Shown: one piece after another, positions 54,796 to 64,000 of the stretch
How positions within the stretch are numbered: the first letter of the stretch is position 1
How the letters are laid out: every line of letters starts with the position of its first letter
Assembly: GCF_003018115.1 (NCBI RefSeq)
Contig: NZ_CP027457.1
DNA: 64,000 bases
Origin: Escherichia coli
Lineage (GTDB): Bacteria > Pseudomonadota > Gammaproteobacteria > Enterobacterales > Enterobacteriaceae
Direction: 5' to 3' (one strand)
The notes under the pieces: generated by a model
What the model saw: the letters and a program-made list of their open reading frames with translations, nothing else
Databases searched by the model: none
What the model was told of the DNA's origin: nothing
Translations under genes and position numbers: made by a program

Positions 54796-54908
54796 CAGAT
54801 GTCTTCTTGACCGGCTTTGCCTGATTCGACGTGCTCAAGCGCCAGCGCGGTGATTACCCCAAACGAACAGGCAAGAAGCGTTCCCAGAATCCATGCGAAA
54901 TACCACAT
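54795..54908 (-). CDS. cydX: Cytochrome bd-I oxidase small subunit CydX (37 aa)
   Basis: Hand translation MWYFAWILGTLLACSFGVITALALEHVESGKAGQEDI; below the ORF-track cut-off. Confidence 0.85.
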   Translation of the reverse strand: MWYFAWILGTLLACSFGVITALALEHVESGKAGQEDI

Positions 54909-54922
54909 TTTTAGCTCCTTAC

Positions 54923-56062
54923 TTAGTACAGAGAGTGGGTGTTACGTTCAATATCTTCTTTGGTGATACGACCGAACATTTTCCAGTAACACCAGGCGGT
55001 GTAGAGCAGAATGATCGGTACCAGAACCACCGCAACCCAGGTCATGACGTTAAGCGTCAGCTGGCTGGAAGTTGCATCCCACATTGTCAGACTTGCGTTC
55101 ATCATGGTGCTGGACGGCATCACAAACGGGAACATTGCGATACCGGCAGTCAGGATGATGCAGGCCAGCGTCAGGGAGGAGAACACAAACGCCCACGCGG
55201 CTTTATCCATACGTGCAGTCAGGATGGTCAGCAGCGGCAGAACCACACCCAGTGCCGGAATAGCCCACAGAATTGGCGTGTTGTTGAAGTTAACCAGCCA
55301 TGCGCCAGCTTCACGAACCACTTCTTTATTCAGCGGGTTAGAGGCTGCGTAATGGTCCATTGTCGATTTCACGACATAACCATCGATACCGTACATCACC
55401 CATACGCCAGCCAGTGCGAAACAGACCAGTGTCACCAGTGCCGCCACCTGAGCCGTTGCACGGGTACGCAGGTGCAGTTCGCCCACGGTACGCATTTGCA
55501 GATAGGTTGCGCCCTGAGTAATGATCATCCCTACGCTCACCACGCCTGCCAGCAGGCCGAACGGGTTAAGCAGCTGGAAGAAGTTACCGGTGTAGTACAG
55601 ACGCAGATATTCATCAACGTTGAACGGTACGCCCTGCAACAGGTTACCGAACGCTACACCAATCACCAACGGCGGAACGAAGCTACCAATGAAGATGCCC
55701 CAGTCCCACATGTTACGCCAGCGGGTTTCTTCAATCTTGGAGCGGTAGTCAAAACCGACCGGACGGAAGAACAAAGACGCCAGCACGAGGATCATCGCCA
55801 CATAGAAGCCGGAGAACGCAGCGGCATAGACCATCGGCCAGGCAGCAAACAGTGCGCCGCCTGCGGTGATCAGCCATACCTGGTTACCGTCCCAGTGTGG
55901 CGCGATGGAGTTAATCATAATTCGACGCTCGGTGTCGTTACGACCGAGGAAACGGGTGAGCATGCCCACCCCCATGTCGAAACCGTCAGTGACTGCAAAA
56001 CCAATCAGCAGAACGCCAACCAGCAGCCACCAGATAAAACGCAATACTTCATAATCGATCAT
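54923..56062 (-). CDS. cydB: Cytochrome bd-I ubiquinol oxidase subunit II
   Basis: 379-aa polytopic ORF MIDYEVLRFIWWLLVGVLLIGFAVTDGFDMG... Confidence 0.95.
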   Translation of the reverse strand: MIDYEVLRFIWWLLVGVLLIGFAVTDGFDMGVGMLTRFLGRNDTERRIMINSIAPHWDGNQVWLITAGGALFAAWPMVYAAAFSGFYVAMILVLASLFFRPVGFDYRSKIEETRWRNMWDWGIFIGSFVPPLVIGVAFGNLLQGVPFNVDEYLRLYYTGNFFQLLNPFGLLAGVVSVGMIITQGATYLQMRTVGELHLRTRATAQVAALVTLVCFALAGVWVMYGIDGYVVKSTMDHYAASNPLNKEVVREAGAWLVNFNNTPILWAIPALGVVLPLLTILTARMDKAAWAFVFSSLTLACIILTAGIAMFPFVMPSSTMMNASLTMWDATSSQLTLNVMTWVAVVLVPIILLYTAWCYWKMFGRITKEDIERNTHSLY

Positions 56063-56077
56063 TTGACGACTCCTGTC

Positions 56078-57646
56078 TTAGCGTGCCGGCTGAGTAGTCG
56101 TGGAAGACTGCTCAAAGTGATAGCGACCGGTTTTCAGGCTGCTTGGGCCGAGGCGTGCAAACTTGAACATTAAGAACAATTCTGCCACCAGGAACAGGGT
56201 ATACAGGCCGCAAATCAGCACCATCGAGAAGATGAGGTCGCCTGCGGTCAGCGACGAGTTCGCCACGGCGGTAGGCAGCACTTCACCGATAGCCCACGGT
56301 TGGCGACCATATTCGGCAACGAACCAGCCCGCTTCTACAGCAATCCACGGCAGCGGAATACCGTACAGCGCGGCGCGCAGCAGCCATTTTTTCTCGCCAA
56401 TGCGGTTGCGGATGACACTCCAGAAAGAGAGCGCGATGATTGCCAGCAGCAGGAAGCCACACGCCACCATGATACGGAACGCGAAGTACAGCGGCGCTAC
56501 ACGCGGAATGGAGTCTTTGGTTGCCTGTTGAATCTGAGCTTCAGTCGCATCAGCCACGTTTGGCGTATAGCGTTTCAGCAGCAGACCGTAACCGAGGTCT
56601 TTCTTCATGCTATTGAACTGGTCACGAACCGCCTGGTCGGTAGAACCAGAACGCAGTTGTTCGAGCAGAGAGTACGCCTTCATCCCGTTACGAATGCGTT
56701 CTTCATGCTGCACCATCAGTTCTTTCAGGCCGATAACTGGAGTATCCACGGAACGCGTTGCAATGATGCCCAGCGCGTAAGGGATCTGGATCGCAAATTT
56801 GTTCGTCTCCTCTTCCTGATCAGGAATGCCGAACAGAGTAAAGGCAGCAGGCGCAGGTTGCGTTTCCCACTCGGCTTCAATAGCAGCCAGTTTGGTTTTC
56901 TGCACGTCGCCCATTTCGTAACCAGATTCATCACCCAGAACAATAACAGACAGAACGGCAGCCATACCGAAGCTGGCAGCGATAGCAAAGGAGCGTTTAG
57001 CGAAGGCGAAGTCACGACCTTTCAGCATATACCATGCGCTGATACCGAGGATGAACATCGCGCCAGTCACATAACCAGACGCTACAGTGTGAACGAATTT
57101 CACCTGAGCAACCGGGTTAAGCACCAGCTCGGAGAAGCTCACCATCTCCATACGCATAGTTTCAAAGTTGAAATCGGACGCGATTGGGTTTTGCATCCAG
57201 CCGTTCGCAACCAGAATCCACAGTGCGGACAGATTTGAACCGAGCGCCACCAGCCAGGTGACACACATATGCTGAACTTTACCCAGACGATCCCAACCGA
57301 AGAAGAACAGACCTACAAAGGTGGATTCGAGGAAGAAGGCCATCAGACCTTCGATTGCCAGCGGCGCACCGAAGATATCCCCTACATAGTGGGAATAGTA
57401 AGACCAGTTAGTCCCGAACTGGAACTCCATGGTCAGACCGGTAGCCACACCCAGAGCGAAGTTGATACCAAACAACTTGCCCCAGAACTTGGTCATATCT
57501 TTATAAATCTGTTTGCCGGAAAGGACGTAGACCGTTTCCATAATGGCCAGCAGGAACGCCATACCGAGCGTCAGTGGCACAAAAAGGAAGTGGTACATCG
57601 CGGTCAAGGCAAACTGTAAGCGCGACAGTTCGACTATATCTAACAT
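56078..57646 (-). CDS. cydA: Cytochrome bd-I ubiquinol oxidase subunit I
   Basis: About 522-aa [31 protein letters not shown]... Confidence 0.95.
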
Positions 57647-57983
57647 CATGACTCCTTGCTCATCGCATGAAGACTCCGAGAGTGAACCCCGTTAGAAAGG
57701 GTCACACGCATGCCCCAATACAAAATTATTTGCTCGCCTCTATCGTTGCCATTTCATCAAAAGAGGAAAAGACAATGATAAAAAAGTTACAAATATGTTA
57801 ATGAATAAACCAAATTGATCCCGTAATTATATTACGCCGCAAAATCCTTACAATAAACAGGTTTTTATTGAGCAAATTTGCATTTTTCGACAGTGATCAA
57901 TTTATAGCGAAATTGTCACGATCTCACCAATTTGATCTACGACAATTTATCGTGTTTTGCAGATTTTTTTCAAGAATTAAAAA

Positions 57984-57997
57984 TTGATTTATATCAA
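57984..57997. promoter_or_regulatory. FNR-type box (TTGAT-N4-ATCAA) in the cydAB upstream regulatory region
   Basis: Perfect palindrome TTGATTTATATCAA about 340 bp upstream of the cydA start. Confidence 0.55.
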
Positions 57998-58451
57998 AAT
58001 CAACCAAATATGTTAATTATGTATAAACCATAGATCATTGGTGATTTTATTGTTAATTTATTGTGAAATATTTATGCAACACAATTATTACAATGAAAAG
58101 GTATAGATAAAAAACCAGTATTTTATTTAACAGAACCGCCTTATCCACTTTTTATAATACCAATTGATTAGAGTAGCCAATTTGTTGCTATTTTACATAA
58201 CATATTTTTATCAAAGTTAATTGATTGTTGCCTTTATGAGCACCGACCGTAAGCCCGTTATGTTATTGTTTCATTAGTAATAATCACTTAAATGTATCGA
58301 TGAAACAGGTATGACTTACCGGGAGTGATTGTTTCTGAGTGAACAGAGGCCACTTTCGCCTGATAAATGAAAAATGAGCGATTTTTGCAAGTTAGTTTTT
58401 CTATAGCCGAGTACGCTCAGCGCCTCGCTTGATTACAATGAGGTTGCTGCT

Positions 58452-59396
58452 ATGAGTCCTGATAATATCGGTTCGGCTGTCAATCGCTTCTCAGGTTGGC
58501 CATCTAATGATCCTCTAAAAACAGATGAAGAATCAATGACATCACCCGTGACTGTGCAAGTAATAAAGATGATTGCCGCCATCCTTGACCCACATCGGAT
58601 AGTCGGTGGAATTGATACACTTTATACAACGCAGCGCGAAACATTTACCTCAGAGAGTCAACAGCTCATTGAATCAGCATTGCAAACACTTCATGTGATG
58701 AATTTAAATAATCTGGAAACAAATCGCGATGAAGAAGGTCACTATCTGGCTTTTGAATATAACGTTGACACCTCTGACAGAATAACCGTTTCTGCTTATA
58801 ATGAAAAAAAGCCTGGCTGCTATGGCCAATGTCTTTTAATACAGGATGACGAAACAGACTTATTTAACCTGATAAAAATTAAAATTTTCGAAGCCAGGCA
58901 TAATTATGTCGCTCAATTGATGAGCGATCCGGAATTTATGTTCAAATTCAGTTATAGCGCTCAACAAAATAGATTAGAACCTCATCTTCTGGTTCCCGCT
59001 TATTTCCCTCTAAAAACAAACGAACCGGTTACGCAAGAGGATGTACTGTTACTTTATCGTTTCTTTAAAATGAATGATGATTTTAATAAATTAACATCAG
59101 AGGAATACATGAGTATCATGACTCCTCTGATGAAGTGTGAGCGTAGCGTCCACGACAACAACAGGTATGTGACGGGCAAAGATACCCTTCTTCTGGACTA
59201 TCCTCCTTCTGGTAACCAGATACATTTCCATATTTTCCCTGACGAATCAGCAACACTAGTCCTTTATTTTTCAAACAATGACCTTGAATGTTTCGTCTTT
59301 GAAAGAGATATTCCTAGCCAGTATCGCTTTTTCAAAATGTTTACCAATCTGGCACTGGTTATAGATCAGTTAACCGAAGCCAATAAAATACTTTAA
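58452..59396 (+). CDS. Hypothetical protein (314 aa), AT-rich, no family recognised; internal YRFFKM repeat
   Basis: Long ORF in a very AT-rich segment; motif LYRFFKMNDDF / QYRFFKMFTNL occurs twice. Confidence 0.55.
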   Translation: MSPDNIGSAVNRFSGWPSNDPLKTDEESMTSPVTVQVIKMIAAILDPHRIVGGIDTLYTTQRETFTSESQQLIESALQTLHVMNLNNLETNRDEEGHYLAFEYNVDTSDRITVSAYNEKKPGCYGQCLLIQDDETDLFNLIKIKIFEARHNYVAQLMSDPEFMFKFSYSAQQNRLEPHLLVPAYFPLKTNEPVTQEDVLLLYRFFKMNDDFNKLTSEEYMSIMTPLMKCERSVHDNNRYVTGKDTLLLDYPPSGNQIHFHIFPDESATLVLYFSNNDLECFVFERDIPSQYRFFKMFTNLALVIDQLTEANKIL

Positions 59397-59476
59397 TTTT
59401 CTATATATCCCTATGGCAAATATTGCTAAACAATGCCTGGGGATTAATTTTTATTACTCACGGAAAGATTTAAATA

Positions 59477-59899
59477 ATGATACCATCTCAGATCTCTTTC
59501 AATACCCTTCCAGTCAATGCAACATACGCTTCAGAGACAACAGTTGACACACAAAAATTCTCTGACATCCTCTACTCAGCGGGGTGTTCCCTAAAGGATA
59601 TGGCTTATCTGAGCAGATGTCTGGCATCAATACACCCGACTCTCGCCAAAAACATTTATGAAACAGAAAATCTCAGCGATCAAAAATTACTGCATATTGA
59701 TTGCCGTAGTACAAATGACATCAAGATAAATATCTTTTTTGGTCAGCAACGAGAAGGATTAATTGAAATTAGTTCTGACACAGTTATTTTTTCGATACTG
59801 TCTTCATTGATTGACTCCGCCATTTCTAAATTTCAACATCAAAACCCCGTTAACGGTTCAGTTAATCCTGAACTATTGTATGAGGATTATACTGATTAA
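59477..59899 (+). CDS. Hypothetical protein (140 aa), AT-rich, acidic C-terminus
   Basis: ORF 80 bp downstream of the 314-aa gene, same strand. Confidence 0.5.
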   Translation: MIPSQISFNTLPVNATYASETTVDTQKFSDILYSAGCSLKDMAYLSRCLASIHPTLAKNIYETENLSDQKLLHIDCRSTNDIKINIFFGQQREGLIEISSDTVIFSILSSLIDSAISKFQHQNPVNGSVNPELLYEDYTD

Positions 59900-60446
59900 A
59901 CCCACCCAGTCGCGAAAAATGGCCTGCGTTATTGCCAGACGTAATAAAACCGTTGATTAACGTTACTCATACTGGTAGCACCTTCATGTACCTCTCTTTT
60001 TTACGAAAAATCAAAAGAGCTAACTAAGGTCATAATTCGCATGAATCATTAACCATTTGTTATTTTCAACATTATTTTTACATTAAGCAGAGATGAATTG
60101 CAGTGAAATTCGACTTAAATCTTATGAAATGCATTTACTCATGGCTAAAACCACGTCACAAAAATGCAAATTAGAAGTAGATCACAATTATCTCAATACA
60201 TTAAATCAAGTTAATTTTAAAAATTTAACATTCATGTCATTAGTTGACATAACACACTGAATTAACATGGAAATTTAAAAACACACTTTAAACAATCATT
60301 TCCCGAAAGACATTTTGAAAATAGATCAATTGCAACATTACGGTCAGATAAAGACACTCCTGTGATATTAAACCTGTGCCGTTATGAACGGCCATAAATA
60401 CGACGTGTGTAACTTATTTTACTCTCTGTCTTACAAAGGATTACCC

Positions 60447-60896
60447 ATGAAGAAAGCAACACTTGTGATTGGCGTTATTGGCGCGGACTGCCATGCAGTA
60501 GGCAATAAAGTTCTGGACCGCGTTTTTAGCAACCACGACTTCAGAGTCATTAATCTGGGCGTAATGGTCAGCCAGGACGAATATATTGATGCTGCCATCG
60601 AAACTGGCGCTGACGCGATTATCGTCTCCTCTATCTATGGGCATGGCGATATCGACTGTCTGGGCATGCGCGAACGCTGCATCGAGCGTGGACTGGGTGA
60701 CATCCTCCTCTATGTGGGCGGTAACCTGGTGGTCGGAAAACATGACTTCGCTGACGTGGAAACCAAGTTCAAAGAGATGGGATTTGATCGCGTCTTTGCC
60801 CCAAGTCATGACTTAGAAGATGTTTGTCAGCTGATGGCCCACGATATCAATCAACGTCATGACGTTGATACTCGTATTCTTGAAGAGGCTATCTGA
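60447..60896 (+). CDS. glmS: Glutamate mutase sigma subunit (methylaspartate mutase S; B12-binding domain)
   Basis: [27 protein letters not shown]... with the DxHxxG cobalamin-binding signature; about 149 aa from internal ATG. Confidence 0.85.
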   Translation: MKKATLVIGVIGADCHAVGNKVLDRVFSNHDFRVINLGVMVSQDEYIDAAIETGADAIIVSSIYGHGDIDCLGMRERCIERGLGDILLYVGGNLVVGKHDFADVETKFKEMGFDRVFAPSHDLEDVCQLMAHDINQRHDVDTRILEEAI

Positions 60897-62284
60897 TGCA
60901 AATCGTCTCTGTCGATATTGGATCGACGTGGACCAAAGCAGCCCTCTTCACCCGGGAGGGGGACGCGTTAACGTTGGTTAACCACGTACTGACCCCAACC
61001 ACCACCCATCATCTGGCGAAGGGGTTTTTCTCCAGCCTGAACCAGGTGTTAAACGTAGATAATGCCCTCCCCCTGTTAAACAGCGGTGAGGTTGCATTGA
61101 AGTATTCCTCCTCTGCCAAAGGTGGGCTGGCGGTTGCCGCAATGGGATTGGTGCCTTCTATCACCCTGGAAACCGCGAAAGTAACCGCTCACTCTGCGGG
61201 GGCTAAAATTGCGCAATATTACGCCTACAAGCTGAACCGCCGTGATATCCAGGCACTGGAAGAAACGCAGCCCGATATTCTCTTGTTCACCGGCGGCACC
61301 GACGGCGGAGAAGAAAGCTACGGACTGAATAACGCCCGTGTGCTGGCAGAATCCAAACTCGACTGCGCCATTATTTATGCCGGAAACCGGGATATTCAGG
61401 ACGAGGTGCAGGAGATCCTCGGGCATAAAGACCTGACCATCGTCGACAACGTTCTGCCCGATCTTGACCATCCGAACCCTTTAGCCGCACGCCAGGCTAT
61501 CTGCGACATATTCCTTAAACGCATCGTTAAAGGGAAAGGGCTGGATATCATTGTTGATAAAACAGGCGAAGAACCAATGCCGACACCGTGGACAGTCTTT
61601 GAACTGGTTAAGGCAATCAGTAATGTCGATCACAGCTGGAAAGAGTTCATGCTGATCGACATGGGTGGCGCAACCACCGATGTCTATTCCGCCTGTGCCA
61701 ACACGCTCTCGCCCGACACCGTTTTACACGGCGTACCGGAACCCTTCGTAAAACGGACGGTGGAAGGCGATCTGGGAATGCGCGTCTCGGCAATGGTGGT
61801 TGGTGAAAGTGCGAAAGAGTTAGTCAATGTGAATTTTGCTCAGCACCCCGCACAGCTGGACGCTTTTTATCATTACCTCCGTCATCTAGTCGCTCATCCC
61901 GACTACTTACCCGCAAATGCAGAAGAGAAATATTTCGATACCGTCCTGGCCGGACTGTGTGTGGGTTATGCCACCGAAAGACATGCGGGCACCAAAAAAG
62001 AGGTCTGCACCTGCGTCGGCAATGTCGATTTACAGATGGGACGTGACCTGACAACCGTGCGTAAAGTCGTCGGATCCGGCGGATGGCTCTCGCGTGCCTG
62101 TCAGTTCGATATGCATCACTGGTTGAAATACCGCGAGTTAAACGACGACGGTAAACGCATTCTCTTACCGACCGAATTTGAATATTACCGCGATTCCCGG
62201 GGGCTATTACCACTGCTGGCAAACGTCGCCAGAGTCGATCCGCTGGCCGCCGCGCGCACCAGTATTCAATGCTTAACCCTATAA
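60896..62284 (+). CDS. glmL: Glutamate mutase accessory protein (GlmL/MutL-like)
   Basis: 462-aa ORF between the S and E subunit genes with overlapping start (ATGA). Confidence 0.75.
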   Translation: MQIVSVDIGSTWTKAALFTREGDALTLVNHVLTPTTTHHLAKGFFSSLNQVLNVDNALPLLNSGEVALKYSSSAKGGLAVAAMGLVPSITLETAKVTAHSAGAKIAQYYAYKLNRRDIQALEETQPDILLFTGGTDGGEESYGLNNARVLAESKLDCAIIYAGNRDIQDEVQEILGHKDLTIVDNVLPDLDHPNPLAARQAICDIFLKRIVKGKGLDIIVDKTGEEPMPTPWTVFELVKAISNVDHSWKEFMLIDMGGATTDVYSACANTLSPDTVLHGVPEPFVKRTVEGDLGMRVSAMVVGESAKELVNVNFAQHPAQLDAFYHYLRHLVAHPDYLPANAEEKYFDTVLAGLCVGYATERHAGTKKEVCTCVGNVDLQMGRDLTTVRKVVGSGGWLSRACQFDMHHWLKYRELNDDGKRILLPTEFEYYRDSRGLLPLLANVARVDPLAAARTSIQCLTL

Positions 62285-62302
62285 CAATTAAGGCTGCAAT
62301 CA

Positions 62303-63748
62303 ATGGAACTTCGAAATAAGAAATTAACCCATGACGAATTCATGACCGAGCGGCAACAGGTACTGAAAACCTGGGAAACCGGCAAGGATGTTGAAAACTT
62401 TGAAGATGGCGTTAAATACCAACAAACCATTCCTGAGCATAAACGCTTCTCTCTTGCGCTGCTGAAAGCAGACAAGGAAGGTAAAACCCTTAGCCAACCG
62501 CGCGCAGGTGTGGCGCTGATGGACGAACACATCGAACTACTGAAAACACTACAAGAAGAGTGCGATCTGCTGCCGAGCACTATCGATGCATATACCCGTC
62601 TGAATCGGTACGAAGAAGCGGCTGTAGGAATTAAAAAATCCATCGAAGCCGGAACCTCTAAACTGAACGGTTTACCGGTAGTTAACCACGGCGTCGCAGC
62701 TTGCCGTCGCCTCACCGAAACCCTGCAAAAACCGCTACAGATCCGCCACGGCACGCCAGATGCGCGTCTGCTGGCTGAAATCTCGATGTCCAGCGGCTTT
62801 ACCAGTTACGAAGGCGGCGGCATTTCCTACAACATTCCGTATGCCAAACGCGTAACGCTGGAAAAATCGATCCACGACTGGCAGTACTGCGACCGTTTAA
62901 TGGGGATGTATGAAGAACACGGGATCCGCATCAACCGCGAACCGTTTGGCCCACTAACAGGTACGCTGATCCCGCCGTTTATCTCGCACTCTATCGCGAT
63001 AATCGAAGGCTTGCTGGCGCTGGAACAGGGTGTGAAATCTATCACCGTTGGTTATGGACAGGTCGGCAGCCTGACGCAGGATGTTGCGGCGATCCAGTCT
63101 CTGCGTGAACTTGCACACGAATATTTTCAGAGCTATGGCTATACCGACTATGAATTAAGTACCGTGTTTCACCAGTGGATGGGCGGCTTTCCGGAAGACG
63201 AATCGAAAGCGTTCGCTATTATCTCATGGGGCGCAGCCGTCGCGGGGATGTCTGGTGCCACCAAAGTCATCACCAAAAGTCCGCATGAAGCCTGGGGCAT
63301 CCCGACTGCCGCTGCCAACATTCAGGGGCTGAAAGCCTCCCGCCAGATGCTCAACATGGTCAACGAGCAGAAATTCCCGCCGTGCCCTGCGGTTGAACTG
63401 GAAATTGAACTGATTAAGAGCGAGGTTCGCGCGGTACTGAATAAAGTGTTCGAACTGGGTAATGGTGATATTGCGCGCGGTACGGTGCTGGCATTTGAAG
63501 CGGGCGTACTGGATGTGCCGTTTGCGCCAGCCGCCTGCAACGCGGGCAAAATTCTTCCGGTCCGTGACAACACCGGCGCGATACGCGTACTGGAAGCCGG
63601 AGCCGTTCCATTGCCAAAAGATATTCTCGACCTCCACCACGATTACGTTGCGGAACGCGCACGTTTTGAAGGACGCCAACCGACATTCCAGATGGTTGTA
63701 GATGACATCAATGCTGTATCCCATAGTAAATTAATAGGAAGACCATAA
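62303..63748 (+). CDS. glmE: Glutamate mutase epsilon subunit (methylaspartate mutase E)
   Basis: 481-aa ORF, TIM-barrel catalytic subunit by recognition; gene order S-L-E as in clostridial operons. Confidence 0.85.
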   Translation: MELRNKKLTHDEFMTERQQVLKTWETGKDVENFEDGVKYQQTIPEHKRFSLALLKADKEGKTLSQPRAGVALMDEHIELLKTLQEECDLLPSTIDAYTRLNRYEEAAVGIKKSIEAGTSKLNGLPVVNHGVAACRRLTETLQKPLQIRHGTPDARLLAEISMSSGFTSYEGGGISYNIPYAKRVTLEKSIHDWQYCDRLMGMYEEHGIRINREPFGPLTGTLIPPFISHSIAIIEGLLALEQGVKSITVGYGQVGSLTQDVAAIQSLRELAHEYFQSYGYTDYELSTVFHQWMGGFPEDESKAFAIISWGAAVAGMSGATKVITKSPHEAWGIPTAAANIQGLKASRQMLNMVNEQKFPPCPAVELEIELIKSEVRAVLNKVFELGNGDIARGTVLAFEAGVLDVPFAPAACNAGKILPVRDNTGAIRVLEAGAVPLPKDILDLHHDYVAERARFEGRQPTFQMVVDDINAVSHSKLIGRP

Positions 63749-64000
63749 TGAAAATAAAACAGGCCCTGTTCACCGCTGGCTATTCCTCATTCTATTTCGA
63801 TGACCAGCAGGCGATAAAAAACGGAGTGGGTCACGACGGCTTTTTTTATACCGGGGAGCCATTAACACAGGGGTTTAACGCCGTACGTCAGGCCGGGGAG
63901 TGCGTATCGGTACAGTTGATTCTGGAAAACGGCGCGGTCGCTGTAGGTGACTGTGCTGCCGTACAGTATTCCGGGGCAGGTGGTCGCGATCCACTGTTCC
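63748..64000 (+). CDS. 3-methylaspartate ammonia-lyase, N-terminal fragment (continues beyond window)
   Basis: MKIKQALFTAGYSSFYFDDQQAIKNGVGHDGFFYTGEPLTQGFNAVRQAGECVSVQLILENGAVAVGDCAAVQYSGAGGRDPLF; ATG overlaps glmE stop. Confidence 0.8.
   Translation, partial: MKIKQALFTAGYSSFYFDDQQAIKNGVGHDGFFYTGEPLTQGFNAVRQAGECVSVQLILENGAVAVGDCAAVQYSGAGGRDPLF

Noticed and set aside
54893-56173. 426-aa plus-strand ORF
   Set aside because: Entirely antisense to cydB and cydA with a His/Gln/Arg-rich low-complexity translation; an artifact of GC-rich coding sequence.
56300-57238. 312-aa plus-strand ORF
   Set aside because: Antisense to cydA.

Overview
The window is an Escherichia coli-type chromosomal segment read in reverse orientation relative to the K-12 map. 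It runs from a prophage through the gal-mod-tol-cyd backbone into an accessory island. All protein identifications are from reading the translated ORFs and recalling known families; no database search was run.

- **Positions 1-22156: left part of a lambdoid prophage**, integrated at the classic lambda attB between ybhC and the bio side. The attL core TTAGTATAAAAAAGC sits at 22142-22156. The prophage is mosaic: lambda-type int/xis and Q-S-R-Rz lysis/late-control genes, a P22-type packaging module (small and large terminase, portal start, orf80, rha), P22-type replication (O-like initiator with in-gene iterons plus a DnaB-family helicase), a nin region (ninB/E/F/H, rusA), and an immunity region (cI, cro, cII, N, cIII) with operators unlike lambda's (AATAC-N5-GTATT). 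The leftward early operon carries recT, a Gp157-family gene, a Lar-like anti-restriction gene and about ten small ORFs of unknown function.
- **Positions 22203-57646: conserved host backbone.** ybhC, ybhJ, ybhI, ybhH, ybhD, pgl, ybhA, modCBA, acrZ, modEF, galETKM, gpmA, aroG, ybgS, zitB, pnuC, nadA, the seven-tRNA lysT-valT-lysW-valZ-lysY-lysZ-lysQ operon, cpoB-pal-tolB-tolA-tolR-tolQ-ybgC, ybgE, cydX, cydB, cydA.
- **Positions 57650-64000: AT-rich accessory island upstream of cydA.** Two unrecognised AT-rich ORFs (314 aa and 140 aa) are followed by a glutamate mutase (glmS-glmL-glmE) and 3-methylaspartate ammonia-lyase operon, where K-12 carries mngAB.

No CRISPR array, rRNA or IS element was seen. 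The best candidates for an undescribed system are the AT-rich two-gene module at 58452-59899, the membrane protein co-transcribed with cI at the rex position (12928-13317), and the small-ORF cluster between N and cIII (13996-15096).
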